Shown: piece after piece, positions 62,359 to 64,000 of the stretch | How the letters are laid out: each line of letters opens with the position of its first letter | Position numbering within the stretch: the first letter of the stretch is position 1 | Assembly: GCF_006345805.1 (NCBI RefSeq) | Contig: NC_043021.1 | Coordinates: 14,694,001 to 14,758,000 of the forward strand | Source: Octopus sinensis | Lineage: Eukaryota | DNA: 64,000 nucleotides | Reading direction: 5' to 3' | Position numbers and translations under genes: made by a program | The notes under the pieces: generated by a model | Databases searched by the model: none | What the model saw: only the letters and a program-made list of their open reading frames with translations | Told to the model about the DNA's origin: nothing

Positions 62359-64000
62359 ACGGCCTTCTTTCAGTTTCTGTCTATCAAATCCACTCAGAAA
62401 GCTTAGGTTGGCCTGAGACTATAGTAGAAGACACAGTGCCATGCAGTGAGGCTGAACCCAGAGCCATGTGGTTGGTCAGCAAGCTTCTTACCACATAGCC
62501 ACTCCAGATCATCATCATCATCAGGGTGGCATGCTGGCAGAATTGTTAGCATGCCGGTCAGTCTGCTTAGCTGCATTTAATCTATCTTCATGTTTTGAGT
62601 TCAAATTCTGCTGAGGATGACTTTGCCTTTCATCATTTCAGGGTCGATGAATTAAGTACCAGTTGCGTACTGGTGCCAATCTAATTGACTAGTCCCCTCC
62701 CCACAAAATTTCGGGCCTTGTGCCTAGAGTAGAAAATGTTGTAGTTGTTGTTTCTTAATTGATTCCATACAATGGATGGAATTTGGCAGGGAGTGTGTGT
62801 GTGTGTGTGTGTAAATGTATGTATGTATGTATGTATGTATGGATGTATGGATTGATGTATATATACATGTGTGTGTGTGTACAATGTGTGTAGATATGTG
62901 TGAAAAGACAAAAGAGAATGAGAGTGTGTGTGTGTGTGTAGAGAGAGAGAGAAAGAGAGAAGGCAGGTCAAGGTAGATGGTGAGACAGACAGACAGACAG
63001 GTAGATACTAAATGATAATAGCAGCAGCAGCTGACTTAGCAATGTATTGGTAAGTCAGCAATATTAGTCATAGTCAGAACAGAGGAGACCAAAATAACCA
63101 ACAGGAATTTACTTCACATCATCACATCCACCACGGTCATCATCATCATCACCATAATCATTACCCTCCTCATCATCAATATCATGATCATCATGATCAA
63201 TATCTCCATTACTTTTATCAACACCATCAATGTCATCACTAACATCCTCATCATGTTCATCATCATCATCTTCATCATCACTATCATCATCATCACCATC
63301 ATCACCATCATCACTATCATCACCATCACTATCATCATCACCATCATCATCACCACCACCACCACCACATCACCATCATCACTATCATCATCACTACCTT
63401 CATCATCATCATCACTACCTTCATCATCATCATCACTACCTTCATCATCATCATCACTATCTTCATCATCATCATCATCACTACCTTAATCATCATCATC
63501 ATCACTACCTTCATCATCATCATCATCACTACCTTCATCATCATCATCATCATCACCACTATTATTATCATCATCATCATCATCATCACTATCATCATCA
63601 TCACTATCATCATCATTATCACTACTTTCATCATCATTTCTATCAACACCATCACCATCACCTTCGGCATTAGATATCAACATCTCTAGCAGCACCAAGT
63701 GCACATTGCCACAAAGGGCGGAATCATCAGGGTCCCAAACGAGGAAACACTTTTCAGTCAACAAAGGTCCACTATGTTGTAGCTTGATCAACTTGCTTGA
63801 AAATAGCAGCTAAATCTCCCTCAAAATTACACTCTCAGCATCTTACAAATGGAAACGATGCATTGGATAATGTATCCTTAGATACTCCTAAGTAGGCAGG
63901 ATGGTCATAACCGGAATTCTTTGGTTCATAGGTCTGCTCAATTAACATTGATTTGGGATCAAACAACAGATTTAAATAATAAAATAATAATGAAATTATT

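Noticed and set aside
63029-63058. Short hairpin GCTGACTTAGCAAT-GT-ATTGGTAAGTCAGC
   Set aside because: A 14-bp stem with a mismatch is too short to interpret and can arise by chance in 64 kb.

Overview
AT-rich, microsatellite-dense eukaryotic genomic DNA. The SINE families and overall texture point to a coleoid cephalopod, most likely Octopus (inference from recognition, not a search). The only securely supported gene content is two minus-strand coding exons (3297-3404 and 2695-2791) that splice into a complete GAR (Gas2-related, microtubule-binding) domain of a GAS2-like/pickled-eggs protein. Reading by eye, I found neither the upstream CH-domain/linker exons nor the next downstream exon, so most of the window is probably intron (at least 60 kb upstream of the GAR exons). 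That space is filled with tRNA-derived SINEs, LINE 3' fragments (CR1-like, RTE-like), Penelope-type repeats with decayed hammerhead-ribozyme cores, a Gypsy-like LTR plus gag start, a decayed mariner, and MITEs (piggyBac/TTAA, hAT, pogo/Tigger, mariner, an 8-bp-TSD family). There are also two non-autonomous Helitrons and several minisatellites. Nearly all ORFs in the supplied track are microsatellite artefacts. The best leads are a consensus AG|GT recursive-splice-like site on the gene's sense strand (57727/57728), a 142-bp-arm foldback (34140-34430), a 60-nt pre-miRNA-like hairpin (1875-1934), minimal hammerhead motifs (54166-54375, 61011-61656), and two CpG-rich candidate alternative first exons that would give CH-less, GAR-only isoforms. 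I see no prokaryotic-type system such as CRISPR or an operon.
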